Assembly (NCBI GenBank): GCA_045656605.1
Contig: JAZORO010000078.1
Span: forward strand, 564-64,563
Source of the DNA: Eubacteriales bacterium
GTDB lineage: Bacteria; Bacillota; Clostridia; Oscillospirales; CAG-272
Reading direction: 5' to 3'
DNA length: 64,000 nt
The position numbers and the translations under genes are program-made. Shown one piece after another: positions 50,202 through 58,864 of this stretch (the stretch's first letter is position 1; each line of letters starts with the position of its first letter). The notes beneath the pieces are model-generated. The model made no database searches. It worked only from the letters and a program-made list of their open reading frames with translations, and was not told where the DNA came from.

Positions 50202-52388
50202 ATGACGCTTATAATCGCTGAGAAGCCGAGTCTTGCACGCAATATAGTTGCGGGCATAGGCAAGATGGATAAGAAGGACGGATATTATATTGGTCTCGGT
50301 TATATTGTTACCTGGGCGTTCGGTCATCTCTTCTCCCTTGCGGATATAGAGAAGTACACGGGGGCGAAGGAAGGTAAGTGGAGTCTTGATAATCTCCCTT
50401 GCTTCCCCGAGAGGTTTGAGTTTGAGCTCAGGAAGAGCGACGACAAGAAAAGCCTGGACCGTGGCATTGAGAAGCAGTTTAAGGTAATAGAGTATCTGTG
50501 TAACAGACAGGACGTAGATACGATTGTGAATGCGGGAGATGCCGATCGTGAGGGAGAGATAATAGTCAGACTCTGCATTGAAAAGGCTCTTAAGACTCAA
50601 AAGACAAAGAAGCGTCTCTGGCTCCCCGACCAGACTCCCGATACTGTGCGTTGCGCACTTGCGGATATGAAGGACGAGTCGGATTATGATAACCTTGCCG
50701 CCGAGGGCTTTGCAAGAACTTATATAGACTGGCTATACGGGGTTAATCTCACAAGGTACGCTACGATAAAAACAGGAAAGCTCCTCAGAGTCGGAAGAGT
50801 AATAGTCCCGATAGTAAAGGCTATATACGATAGGGATTTGGAGATACGGAACTTTACTCCCGAGGACTATTACGTAATATACTCATCCGAGCTTGTAGAT
50901 GGGGAGCGTGTAGAGTTAACCAGTAAATATAAGTTTACAAAGGATGAGCTCGAGAAGGCGACGTTGCTTGCAAACGAGTACAATAACACAGGGGCTGTCG
51001 TAACATTCTGCGAGAGTAAAACGGACAGGATAATGCCGGGAAAGCTCTATTCGCTCTCAACACTCCAGAGCGTGCTCGGTAAGAAATACAAGATGTCTAT
51101 GGCGGATAGCCTCAAAATAATACAGAAGCTGTATGAGGAAGGCTATCTTACCTATCCGAGAACGAACTCGGAATATATGGCGACAGCGGAGAAGGATAAG
51201 GTCAGAGCAATTATATCCGGCGTATCCAAGCTCGGATATCCCGTTAGATTTAAGGATTCAAAATATATCTTTGACGACTCGAAGATAGAGTCGCACTCAG
51301 CTCTCACGCCCACGTATAAGATTCCCGACAAGTCGAAGCTTTCGGCAGTGGAGCTGCAGGTTTATTCTACCGTGCTGCGCAGATTTGTAGCTGTTTTTTG
51401 TGCTCAGGACTGCATAGCAGAGAAGAGCGAGATAAAGATCAAGGTCGGCGAGCTTGAGGAATTCTCACTTAAGGGAACTGTAATAATTGAGCCCGGATGG
51501 ACGAAGTATGACGATTATACCTCAAAGGATAAGCTGCTACCTAAGCTTCAGGTAGGGCAGAGTGTAAATATCTGCTTTGCACCGGATAAGAAGCAGACGA
51601 CACCGCCGAGGCACTATACGATAGAGACTCTTAATAAATATCTGAAAAACCCGTTTAAGGACGACAAGGCTAAGGCAAAAGAGCTGGAGCAAAGCGGAGA
51701 GGTCGATGACGCTGAGGATTACAGAGCTATATTCGAGGGCTTGGAGCTTGGCACAGAGGCTACGAGAACGGGAATAATCGATAATGCCAAGAAGAGCGGT
51801 TATATAGATCTGAAAAAGGATGTTTATACAATTCTCGACGGCGGTGAGTATCTTATAAATTGCATCACCAGGCTCGGCATAGTGATGGATAAATACAAGA
51901 CCAGCGAGCTCGGCAAGGCGCTCAAGAGAGTGTTCAGAGGAAGTATGTCCGTAGACGAGGCGGTTAAGCTCGCCGAGGAGGAGATAAGCGAGGTGTTCTC
52001 GGCTGATGCCGAGGCGACGAGCCTGCCGGGTGTTAATACGGGCTCCTACGGTGAGATAGTTGGGCCGTGCCCTGTGTGCGGCAGGAACGTAGTCAGAGGC
52101 AAGCAGAGCTACGGATGTATGGGATATAATGATGGCTGTAAATTCAGAATAGGCGTTTCCATTTGCAAGAAGGACATACCTATTTACGAGGCGAGGAAGA
52201 TTCTCACCGAAGGGAGCAGCAGTCTTATGTCGGGCTTCTTATCGAAGAAGGGAACGTTCTTTAAGGGGAGATTGATTCTGAAGGACGGAGATGTTGTATT
52301 TGACTTTGAGAGCGATAATAAAGGCTCTGATGAAAAGAGCAAAGCCTCAAAAGCCGCATCCAAAAAAACTGTAAGAAAGAAAAAGTGA
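50202..52388 (+). CDS. topB: DNA topoisomerase III
   Basis: 728 aa. Toprim start MTLIIAEKPS, DADREGE, catalytic-Tyr region YLTYPRT, C-terminal zinc finger CPVCGRN...GCKF and K-rich tail. Confidence 0.92.
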   Translation: MTLIIAEKPSLARNIVAGIGKMDKKDGYYIGLGYIVTWAFGHLFSLADIEKYTGAKEGKWSLDNLPCFPERFEFELRKSDDKKSLDRGIEKQFKVIEYLCNRQDVDTIVNAGDADREGEIIVRLCIEKALKTQKTKKRLWLPDQTPDTVRCALADMKDESDYDNLAAEGFARTYIDWLYGVNLTRYATIKTGKLLRVGRVIVPIVKAIYDRDLEIRNFTPEDYYVIYSSELVDGERVELTSKYKFTKDELEKATLLANEYNNTGAVVTFCESKTDRIMPGKLYSLSTLQSVLGKKYKMSMADSLKIIQKLYEEGYLTYPRTNSEYMATAEKDKVRAIISGVSKLGYPVRFKDSKYIFDDSKIESHSALTPTYKIPDKSKLSAVELQVYSTVLRRFVAVFCAQDCIAEKSEIKIKVGELEEFSLKGTVIIEPGWTKYDDYTSKDKLLPKLQVGQSVNICFAPDKKQTTPPRHYTIETLNKYLKNPFKDDKAKAKELEQSGEVDDAEDYRAIFEGLELGTEATRTGIIDNAKKSGYIDLKKDVYTILDGGEYLINCITRLGIVMDKYKTSELGKALKRVFRGSMSVDEAVKLAEEEISEVFSADAEATSLPGVNTGSYGEIVGPCPVCGRNVVRGKQSYGCMGYNDGCKFRIGVSICKKDIPIYEARKILTEGSSSLMSGFLSKKGTFFKGRLILKDGDVVFDFESDNKGSDEKSKASKAASKKTVRKKK

Positions 52389-52464
52389 CACAAGGACAGA
52401 CGTTTGCATAGTATGAAAATAGCGGAGCATAAGTCCGCATCTTGTCAAATCGGAGGAACATACT

Positions 52465-52563
52465 ATGAACAACAATTGTCTTTGCCATCTTTTCGATGAT
52501 AACTGCACCTGGATTATAATCCTTGCTATTATCGTCGTTTTCTGCTGCTGCTGCAACAACTGA
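52465..52563 (+). CDS. small 32-aa Cys-rich hydrophobic peptide
   Basis: GGAGGA RBS 7 nt before ATG 52465. Reads MNNNCLCHLFDDNCTWIIILAIIVVFCCCCNN, stop at 52561-52563. Short hairpin agcggtaccgct plus T6 follows. Below the track cutoff. Confidence 0.45.
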   Translation: MNNNCLCHLFDDNCTWIIILAIIVVFCCCCNN

Positions 52564-52692
52564 ATGGCATAGCGGTACCGCTTTTTTGCGGTGTGACACA
52601 CCTCCAAAGTGTCGCTCTATGAGTAAGAAGCGAAGCCCTCAGCCGAGAAAAGCTGAGCTGCTCACGTAAAACGGAGCAGGGGGCGGAGCCGA

Positions 52693-52727
52693 AAGAGGCG
52701 AGAATGCAAATTGCATTCTCGCCTCTT
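52693..52727. terminator. perfect 17-bp palindromic hairpin; likely terminator of the DUF4830-like gene
   Basis: aagaggcgagaatgcaa (52693-52709) / ttgcattctcgcctctt (52711-52727). Only weak U-tracts on either side. Confidence 0.5.
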
Positions 52728-52762
52728 GACGTTTATAGCCTTTTTGGAAAAAGCGGATTTAT

Positions 52763-53257
52763 TTAGGTCGTTTTTAAATTCGCTCTGTCTACCTTAGTCA
52801 GCGGTAAAACGAAGCCGCCGTCGGTAAGCGAAGAGATGTCGCAGGCTATTATTCTTCCTCGGTAGACAAGTAGGTTTACGTACACTTCTGCATCTGTATT
52901 GTAATTTGTGACCTTGTATGTAAAGCGTGTAACTCTTTTTCTTGCGTACTTTGCAAGGTCGAGACCTTGCTCTCTTTGTAATTGATTGTAATCACGGATA
53001 ACCTTGTCGAAGTTCTCCGGCATTGCAAACTGCTCCTTCGTTTCGCTTTCCGGTTCTATGGCTACTCCGAACATAGAGATAAAAGCAATCCTGTCCTCTT
53101 TTGTTTTCATACCGCCGTAATTGATATTCACACCGTCTGCCGAGGCGTAGACCGTCTCGGTGCTGCCTGAGACGATTATTGCAACCAGAACAGCCAGAAC
53201 CAAGCATATCAGCGAAAAGAATTTTATTGTAGACGCTCTTATGGAATATATGAACAT
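52763..53257 (-). CDS. DUF4830-like membrane-anchored protein
   Basis: 164 aa. N-terminal TM, then FDKVIRDYNQLQREQGLDLAKYARKRVTRFTYKVTNY...LLVYRGRIIACDI, which matches my recollection of DUF4830 proteins. Confidence 0.65.
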   Translation of the reverse strand: MFIYSIRASTIKFFSLICLVLAVLVAIIVSGSTETVYASADGVNINYGGMKTKEDRIAFISMFGVAIEPESETKEQFAMPENFDKVIRDYNQLQREQGLDLAKYARKRVTRFTYKVTNYNTDAEVYVNLLVYRGRIIACDISSLTDGGFVLPLTKVDRANLKTT

Positions 53258-53311
53258 AACCTTTTCCTCTTCTTGTTTTATTTCTTGTGTTACAGACTAT
53301 TCACGGGCGGA

Positions 53312-53353
53312 TAAAAAAATACCTCAGAGAAGAAAACTCCGAGGTGTTTTTTT
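53312..53353 (-). terminator. terminator after the DUF368 gene
   Basis: acctc / gaggt-centred hairpin flanked by an A7 run and a T8 run. Confidence 0.5.
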
Positions 53354-53360
53354 TAATTTT

Positions 53361-54293
53361 TTAACCTTCTGCTACCGAGCGCTTAACCTTTTTTACAAAG
53401 GCAAATGCACCGACAAATCCGAGTATAAACATAACAGCAGCCGCAATCCAGTAAAGCGCAGAGGATGGCAGGCTTGAAAGAGTTAACCCGGCATCCTTAG
53501 CGGTAGAGATATATACCGTGGGGACAGAGCCGACTATAAAGCCTATTATAGCGAAATAAGTGCCTCTCGGGCATACCTCGAGCAGCTTTTTCATAATCAC
53601 TGAAATAATAAAGAAGCCGACGACTACACCCAGACCCGCCGAGAATAGCACCAGTAGCGCTTTTAAGACGTTCTGCCCTGTAAACAGGTTGTCTGTAATG
53701 AGCTTGATAAGAGGATTATAATACCCGAGAATCAGAAGTATCATACTGCCCGAAATGCCGGGGATGACAAGCGCACAGGAGCCGAGCACGCCCACAAGAA
53801 ATAGGGTGCCGTAGCCCAATATATTCAGATTCAGAAGATTGACGTCAGCGCCCGTCGGAAGAAACGACATAGCGCAAGCAAGAATAAACGGAACGGAAAA
53901 AGCCAGTATATTCGTAGCCTTGATTTTACCCTTTACCTTGTCGGTTATAGATGGCAAACCGCCAAGAGCTAGACCGACGAAGAGCGAGACTGTCGAAATG
54001 GGGTAGCTCTCAAGCGCCCATCCTAGAGGATAGAGAAGGGATATAGCGCCGAGGCATAGACCTATAAAGATTGGTAAAAGAGTAAGAACACTCTTTTTAA
54101 ATGAGCGGAACAGGTCGGCTATTGCTCCTATCAGTTTCTCGTATATTCCGAGTATCGCCGCCACGGACCCACCCGAGAAGCCGGGTATGATAAAAGCGAT
54201 ACCCATACAGTATCCGCGCGCTACGTCAAGAAGAAAACTAAATTTTCTCTTCCTTTTTTTCTCTTGTACGTTTTCGTTTGAACGGTTATCCAT
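53361..54293 (-). CDS. DUF368 family membrane protein (polyprenyl-phosphate translocase family)
   Basis: Start at ATG 54293 after AAGGAGA. GIAFIIPGFSGGSVAAILGIYE and a second VIPGISGSMILLILG repeat are typical of DUF368. Confidence 0.8.
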   Translation of the reverse strand: MDNRSNENVQEKKRKRKFSFLLDVARGYCMGIAFIIPGFSGGSVAAILGIYEKLIGAIADLFRSFKKSVLTLLPIFIGLCLGAISLLYPLGWALESYPISTVSLFVGLALGGLPSITDKVKGKIKATNILAFSVPFILACAMSFLPTGADVNLLNLNILGYGTLFLVGVLGSCALVIPGISGSMILLILGYYNPLIKLITDNLFTGQNVLKALLVLFSAGLGVVVGFFIISVIMKKLLEVCPRGTYFAIIGFIVGSVPTVYISTAKDAGLTLSSLPSSALYWIAAAVMFILGFVGAFAFVKKVKRSVAEG

Positions 54294-54376
54294 TATGTTG
54301 TCTCCTTTTTTAAAGGCTTTTTTTATGCGACAGTAAAATGAAGAGGTAAGACGTGGGGGGCAGATAAGTACCCGAA

Positions 54377-55239
54377 TCAAGAGCCGAGCTTACCGAATCC
54401 CTTGCCCTGTACTTCCTTAGAATCGTTGATAATTATGAAGGCGGCAGGGTCGATCGCCACGATTACCTTTTTCAGCCGGGGGAGCTGTCTGGTTTTTATA
54501 CAGGTTAAGAGCACCTTGTGCTCCATCTCTGTATACATCCCCTTTCCGTCGAGCATAGTTACGCCTCTTGGTATTTTCTCAATTATTGCGTGAGATATTT
54601 CTTCTCCTTTGTCTGTGATTATGATACAGAGCTTCGTTTTTTCAAGGCCTGTGATGATAATTTCGGAAATTCTTGTGCTGACGAATATGACGATGAGTGC
54701 GTAGAGCATATTCGACGGATTTTTAGTCACTACAGCGCCGAGGGTTACTATTATACCGTCCAGAATTCCGACAAGCACAGGTATCTTAAGATGTGCGAGC
54801 TTGATGTTGATCAAACGTGCCAAAAGCTCGGTGCCGCCGCTTGAAATTCATATTTTATAAATAAGCCTATCGACACGCCCTGAAATACGCCGCCGTAGAG
54901 AGCCGCAAGAATCGGGTCGGTTGTAAGCGGATCGAGAAAAGCAAAAAGCTCGGTGAAAATACCTATCAGCGAGAATGTCATAAGGCACTTCGCCGCAAAT
55001 TTTAATCCGTAGCTTCTGGTAGCGAATGCCAGTATGGGGATATTAAGTATTATGATCGTTATACCTATCGGAATATGCGAGTTCAATATTTTTATTACGA
55101 TAGCAAGACCCGTCATACCGCCGGCGACGATAGAGGTCGGCTCAAGGAAGAGGACTGTGCCGAGCGAATATATAGCGCAGGCAAGAACCGTAAAGAAATA
55201 CCCCTGAGATTTTCTGAGAAATTCTGACAGCCTATTCAT
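54377..55239 (-). pseudogene. yitT: YitT-family membrane protein (DUF2179 C-terminal domain) split by a 1-nt frameshift
   Basis: Track ORFs 54811-55239 and 54377-54823 are the two halves. Restoring one T in the coding-strand run at 54844-54846 reads ...GLFIKYEFSSGGTELLARLINIKL..., the conserved YitT motif. Confidence 0.7.
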
Positions 55240-55240
55240 A

Positions 55241-55870
55241 TCACAGCTCCGAGAAATTCATAATATATCTTTCCGCAACTCTGCGGAACTCTTCTTCATA
55301 CTCCATCGAGGATGCATCGTATACCCCATAGGCGTGCAGACCGGCGGCTTTAGCAGTTTTAACCGCCTCGATATTGTCGTCTACGAATATAATTCCCGAC
55401 GGGGACGTTCCGAGCATATAGGCCGCCTCTCGGTATATTCTGGGGTCTGATTTAGTCTTTCCGAAATCGTCGCACGACCACACAAATTTAAACAGGTGAT
55501 AAAGTCCGAGCCGCTTAAGGCAGGGGTCGAGCGTTAGGTGAGGACTTGCGGTGAGGACGGCGAGCGAGTGCCCCGCTTTTTTTAATTCGCAGAGCTTCTC
55601 TTTTACGTAAAGCTTTGCGGGGATGCTCTCCACATACTCCTTCTTCATTCTTTCGCCGAGCGAGGCGATTATATCTTCCTCGGTGAAGCCCTTTACTCCG
55701 AGAGATTCGATAAAGTAGCTTGCCGTGCCTCGGCTCCCGAGCGGTGTTACGGTTTTTATTAAGTCGTCAGGATAGGCGACTCCGATATCGTCTAGAAAGC
55801 TGGCGATAGCCTTGCTGAATACCGGCATGGAATCAATTAAAGTGCCGTCCATATCGAATATATAGGTCAT
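55241..55870 (-). CDS. HAD family phosphatase
   Basis: 209 aa. IFDMDGTLIDS motif I, VDDNIEAV motif IV. Confidence 0.8.
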   Translation of the reverse strand: MTYIFDMDGTLIDSMPVFSKAIASFLDDIGVAYPDDLIKTVTPLGSRGTASYFIESLGVKGFTEEDIIASLGERMKKEYVESIPAKLYVKEKLCELKKAGHSLAVLTASPHLTLDPCLKRLGLYHLFKFVWSCDDFGKTKSDPRIYREAAYMLGTSPSGIIFVDDNIEAVKTAKAAGLHAYGVYDASSMEYEEEFRRVAERYIMNFSEL

Positions 55871-55905
55871 TCTGATACTCCTTGATAGATTTTTGCAAGA
55901 GAATA

Positions 55906-56826
55906 CTAGGCTCTTGCCGAGGTGATTTCTTCGTCTTTTGTTTTTTCTTTTTTATCTCCGTCCTCAAGGGCGAGGAAAACTACCGAGAGCATAATTACTG
56001 CGATGCCGATAAAGGAGAATATATCCGGCACCTGATCGAGGAAGAGTATGCCGAAAACGGTAGCGGACATAGGCTCGATTATGGATAGAGCCGAGGTTAT
56101 TCCGGCTGGAATACGCTTCATTGCGAGGTTGAAAAGCGCAGAAGGGATGACAAACGTGCAAAGTCCGAGTCCGACTCCGAGGAGTATTACGGGCAGGGGA
56201 TTAGCCATTCCTGTTTTGACTATATCGACGGGGTTCGCAACGATAAGAGCGCACAGAGCCATAAAGATTGCAGAATATATAGTAGCGGTAAGCGGGTGAC
56301 ATCCTGCGTTCATCTCTACCTTCGAGAGTATGGTATATGCCGCATAACAAACTGCCGCCAAGAGGGCGAGCGCCGTTCCGAGAGGATTCAGCGTCAAGCC
56401 GCCTACGATACCCGACACAAGGCAGCATCCGACGAGCATCAGCACGACAGCAGCGCCCTTAAGCTTAGACATTTTTTCGCCGAGAAAGATTACCGAGTAC
56501 ACCATAACCATAACGGGTGCGGTATACATAAGAACGGCTGCGGTGGATACCGAAGTCATCTTCATCGATGCGTAATAGCAGGCGGCAGCCCCGTAGAAGC
56601 TTAAGCCGCTTGCGGCAAGAAGCAGAAGCATTTTCGGCTTAATCTTGAAAAGATGCTTGTTGGTGAGTAGCGCATATATGCATATTGACAGAGCCGCAAC
56701 CGTTGAGCGTATAGCGGTCACCTGCAGAGCAGAGAAGCCGTATAGACTGAGATAGTGCACGAAGAGTCCCGATGTGCCCCAAAGCATTGCGGCGACGATA
56801 ACTGAGATAAATGATAGCTTTTTCAT
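55906..56826 (-). CDS. DMT superfamily transporter (EamA repeats)
   Basis: 306 aa, 10 predicted hydrophobic segments. WGTSG start, internal duplication. Confidence 0.85.
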   Translation of the reverse strand: MKKLSFISVIVAAMLWGTSGLFVHYLSLYGFSALQVTAIRSTVAALSICIYALLTNKHLFKIKPKMLLLLAASGLSFYGAAACYYASMKMTSVSTAAVLMYTAPVMVMVYSVIFLGEKMSKLKGAAVVLMLVGCCLVSGIVGGLTLNPLGTALALLAAVCYAAYTILSKVEMNAGCHPLTATIYSAIFMALCALIVANPVDIVKTGMANPLPVILLGVGLGLCTFVIPSALFNLAMKRIPAGITSALSIIEPMSATVFGILFLDQVPDIFSFIGIAVIMLSVVFLALEDGDKKEKTKDEEITSARA

Positions 56827-56848
56827 TGTCTTTCTCGATTCCTAAAAA

Positions 56849-57235
56849 TTAAAAATACATAAATTCACATTTTACGCCTACGTTGTAAAGAAACGTGCAC
56901 ACAGGTCCGTCAAGTATAAAAAGTATATCCTCAAAGCCCTCGCCTACGTATAGGCTGATATCTAAGGAGAGCTTGTCCTTAAGGGAGCAGATTATATCCT
57001 CTTTCGGTATAAGGTCTTTCAGAGTTTCCATAATCATATCGTTGTCGTCAGGTATTGGCACGTCGTTGTAGCCGTATATGACCTGATTTTTTTGCGCAGT
57101 CTTACCCGTGTATGGATTAACTTCACCTTTCGAAATGATTTTGTAGTCTTCGAGGTTTATAGCCGCAGTTATTTCAGCGGGGTCTCTGTCGCATTCCAAA
57201 AGCAGGAAGCAAATTTCTATTTTCTTCGGTTTCAT
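56849..57235 (-). CDS. hypothetical 128-aa protein (possibly DUF4279-like)
   Basis: Start ATG overlaps the stop of the upstream SIS gene (TGATG), implying translational coupling. Family assignment is from memory only. Confidence 0.55.
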   Translation of the reverse strand: MKPKKIEICFLLLECDRDPAEITAAINLEDYKIISKGEVNPYTGKTAQKNQVIYGYNDVPIPDDNDMIMETLKDLIPKEDIICSLKDKLSLDISLYVGEGFEDILFILDGPVCTFLYNVGVKCEFMYF

Positions 57236-57873
57236 CAGAAAAACTCCTCTTCAAGCATAGCGCAAAGAGCGTGGTATATAGGCAGATGATATTCCTGCAC
57301 AAGATACGTCTCACGCTCGGGGACTCTTACGGATACGTCGCACAGCTCGGAGAGCTTGCTTTCTTTCTCGCCCGTCATACATATTGTCGTTATCCCTTTT
57401 GCTTTTGCGAGTACCGTTGCGTATACGCAGTTCTTTGAGTTTCCGGACGTGGAGAGACAGAGAAGCACGTCTCCCTCCTCTCCAAGACTCAAAAGCTGCT
57501 GAGCAAACGTGAGGGTAGGCTCGGTGTCGTTAGAAAACGCAGTCGACAGAGCCGGGTGAGAGGTTAACGCAATGGCGGGCAGACCGCCCTCGAGATGCTC
57601 TCTCATCTCCAAGCCGATATCTCCGTACTCTCCGAGAGCATCGTAGATTTTTTCGTCAATCATTCTTTTTTTCTTGAACTGCTTCAACAGCTCGCCCACG
57701 ATATGCTCACTGTCTGCGGCGCTTCCGCCGTTTCCTGCAATCAGGAGTTTTTTACCGCTTTTGTATGCCGCTTCCATAGTTAAATATGCAGAGTGAATGT
57801 CGTCCTCGCATACGGAGAGGGCGGGGTACCTCGCTATCAGATTTCTTAAAATATCCAGTGTACTGTTTTTCAT
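57235..57873 (-). CDS. SIS-domain phosphosugar isomerase (GmhA/DiaA-like)
   Basis: 212 aa. LIAGNGGSAADSEH and LSTSGNSKN motifs. Confidence 0.8.
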   Translation of the reverse strand: MKNSTLDILRNLIARYPALSVCEDDIHSAYLTMEAAYKSGKKLLIAGNGGSAADSEHIVGELLKQFKKKRMIDEKIYDALGEYGDIGLEMREHLEGGLPAIALTSHPALSTAFSNDTEPTLTFAQQLLSLGEEGDVLLCLSTSGNSKNCVYATVLAKAKGITTICMTGEKESKLSELCDVSVRVPERETYLVQEYHLPIYHALCAMLEEEFF

Positions 57874-58829
57874 TATACGTCTCCTTTTGCAATAACCAGG
57901 GCTGATACGTCGCCTATATTTTCGCTTAGCTTAGCAGGTACTATCTCGCTTTTTTCATATGCGTGAGGAAGGGCTTCCTTTTTTATGACCCTTTCTGCTT
58001 CCGGCAGAATGAGGTGACCGCTTCTCATAAATACGCCGCCGATAACAATCTTCTCGGGATTGAATAGGTCGATGAGGATGCTGAGCGTATATCCGAACAT
58101 TCTGCCACTCTTTCGGTAGACTCGCTTAGCAAATTCGTCTCCGTCGTCAGCCGCCTCGGCTAAGGCTTTTGCGTTTAGGTTATCCTCGCCGCCAATGCGC
58201 TTTATGAACTCGGGGATTTTGCCTTTTTTCTTTTCCTTTTCGAGCTCGATAAGGGCAAGACGTCTGATTCCGCTACCGGACGAGAAGCCCTCTGCGGAGC
58301 CTGCCTTGTTGTAGCCGACGGGGCCGTGAGCTCTGAGGCGTACGTGACCTATCTCGCCCGCAGCATCGGACGAGCCCGAGTACAGACGGCCGTTCAGAAT
58401 AAGACCTGCGCCGAGGCCTGTTCCGAAGGTCAGAAATATCATATTTTCGCAGCCCTTGCCGGCTCCGTATTTCCATTCCGCTACAGCCGAGGCATCCGCA
58501 TCGTTTCTTAGATAGCTGGGTATTCCGAAGCGCTTCTCAAAATATTCTGTGACGTGTATATCGTCCCAAAGGGGCAACGAGGGTGGTTTTTTTACCACTC
58601 CGAGCCTGGAATCAAGCGGTCCGCCGCAAGCGATTCCTATGCCGGCGAGTTCTTCGCCCTCTGCGAGTCTGTCGCTGATAAAAGCGCTGAACCGCTCTAA
58701 AATATCCTCGGGAGTCTTACCTGCTGTGGGAAAGCTTATTTTTTTCTCTATTGCGATCTCGTCTTTGAGAGTGCCGATTACTGCGGCGCATTTTGTGCCG
58801 CCGATATCCAACCCTATATACTTTTTCAT
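57873..58829 (-). CDS. ROK family sugar kinase
   Basis: 318 aa. GLDIGGTKCAAV, NDADASAVAE, FGTGLGAGLI motifs. The stop overlaps the SIS start (TAATG). Confidence 0.85.
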   Translation of the reverse strand: MKKYIGLDIGGTKCAAVIGTLKDEIAIEKKISFPTAGKTPEDILERFSAFISDRLAEGEELAGIGIACGGPLDSRLGVVKKPPSLPLWDDIHVTEYFEKRFGIPSYLRNDADASAVAEWKYGAGKGCENMIFLTFGTGLGAGLILNGRLYSGSSDAAGEIGHVRLRAHGPVGYNKAGSAEGFSSGSGIRRLALIELEKEKKKGKIPEFIKRIGGEDNLNAKALAEAADDGDEFAKRVYRKSGRMFGYTLSILIDLFNPEKIVIGGVFMRSGHLILPEAERVIKKEALPHAYEKSEIVPAKLSENIGDVSALVIAKGDV

Positions 58830-58864
58830 TTTTCTCCGTCCGTGGGGTGCAAAGCTATCCCCGA

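Noticed and set aside
52564-52692. GC-rich hairpin-rich spacer after the Cys-rich peptide gene, considered as a possible ncRNA
   Set aside because: It has only short (6-7 bp) stems and no recognisable Rfam-like motif. Most simply it is a shared 3' UTR/terminator region of convergent genes. Evidence is insufficient to call a feature.
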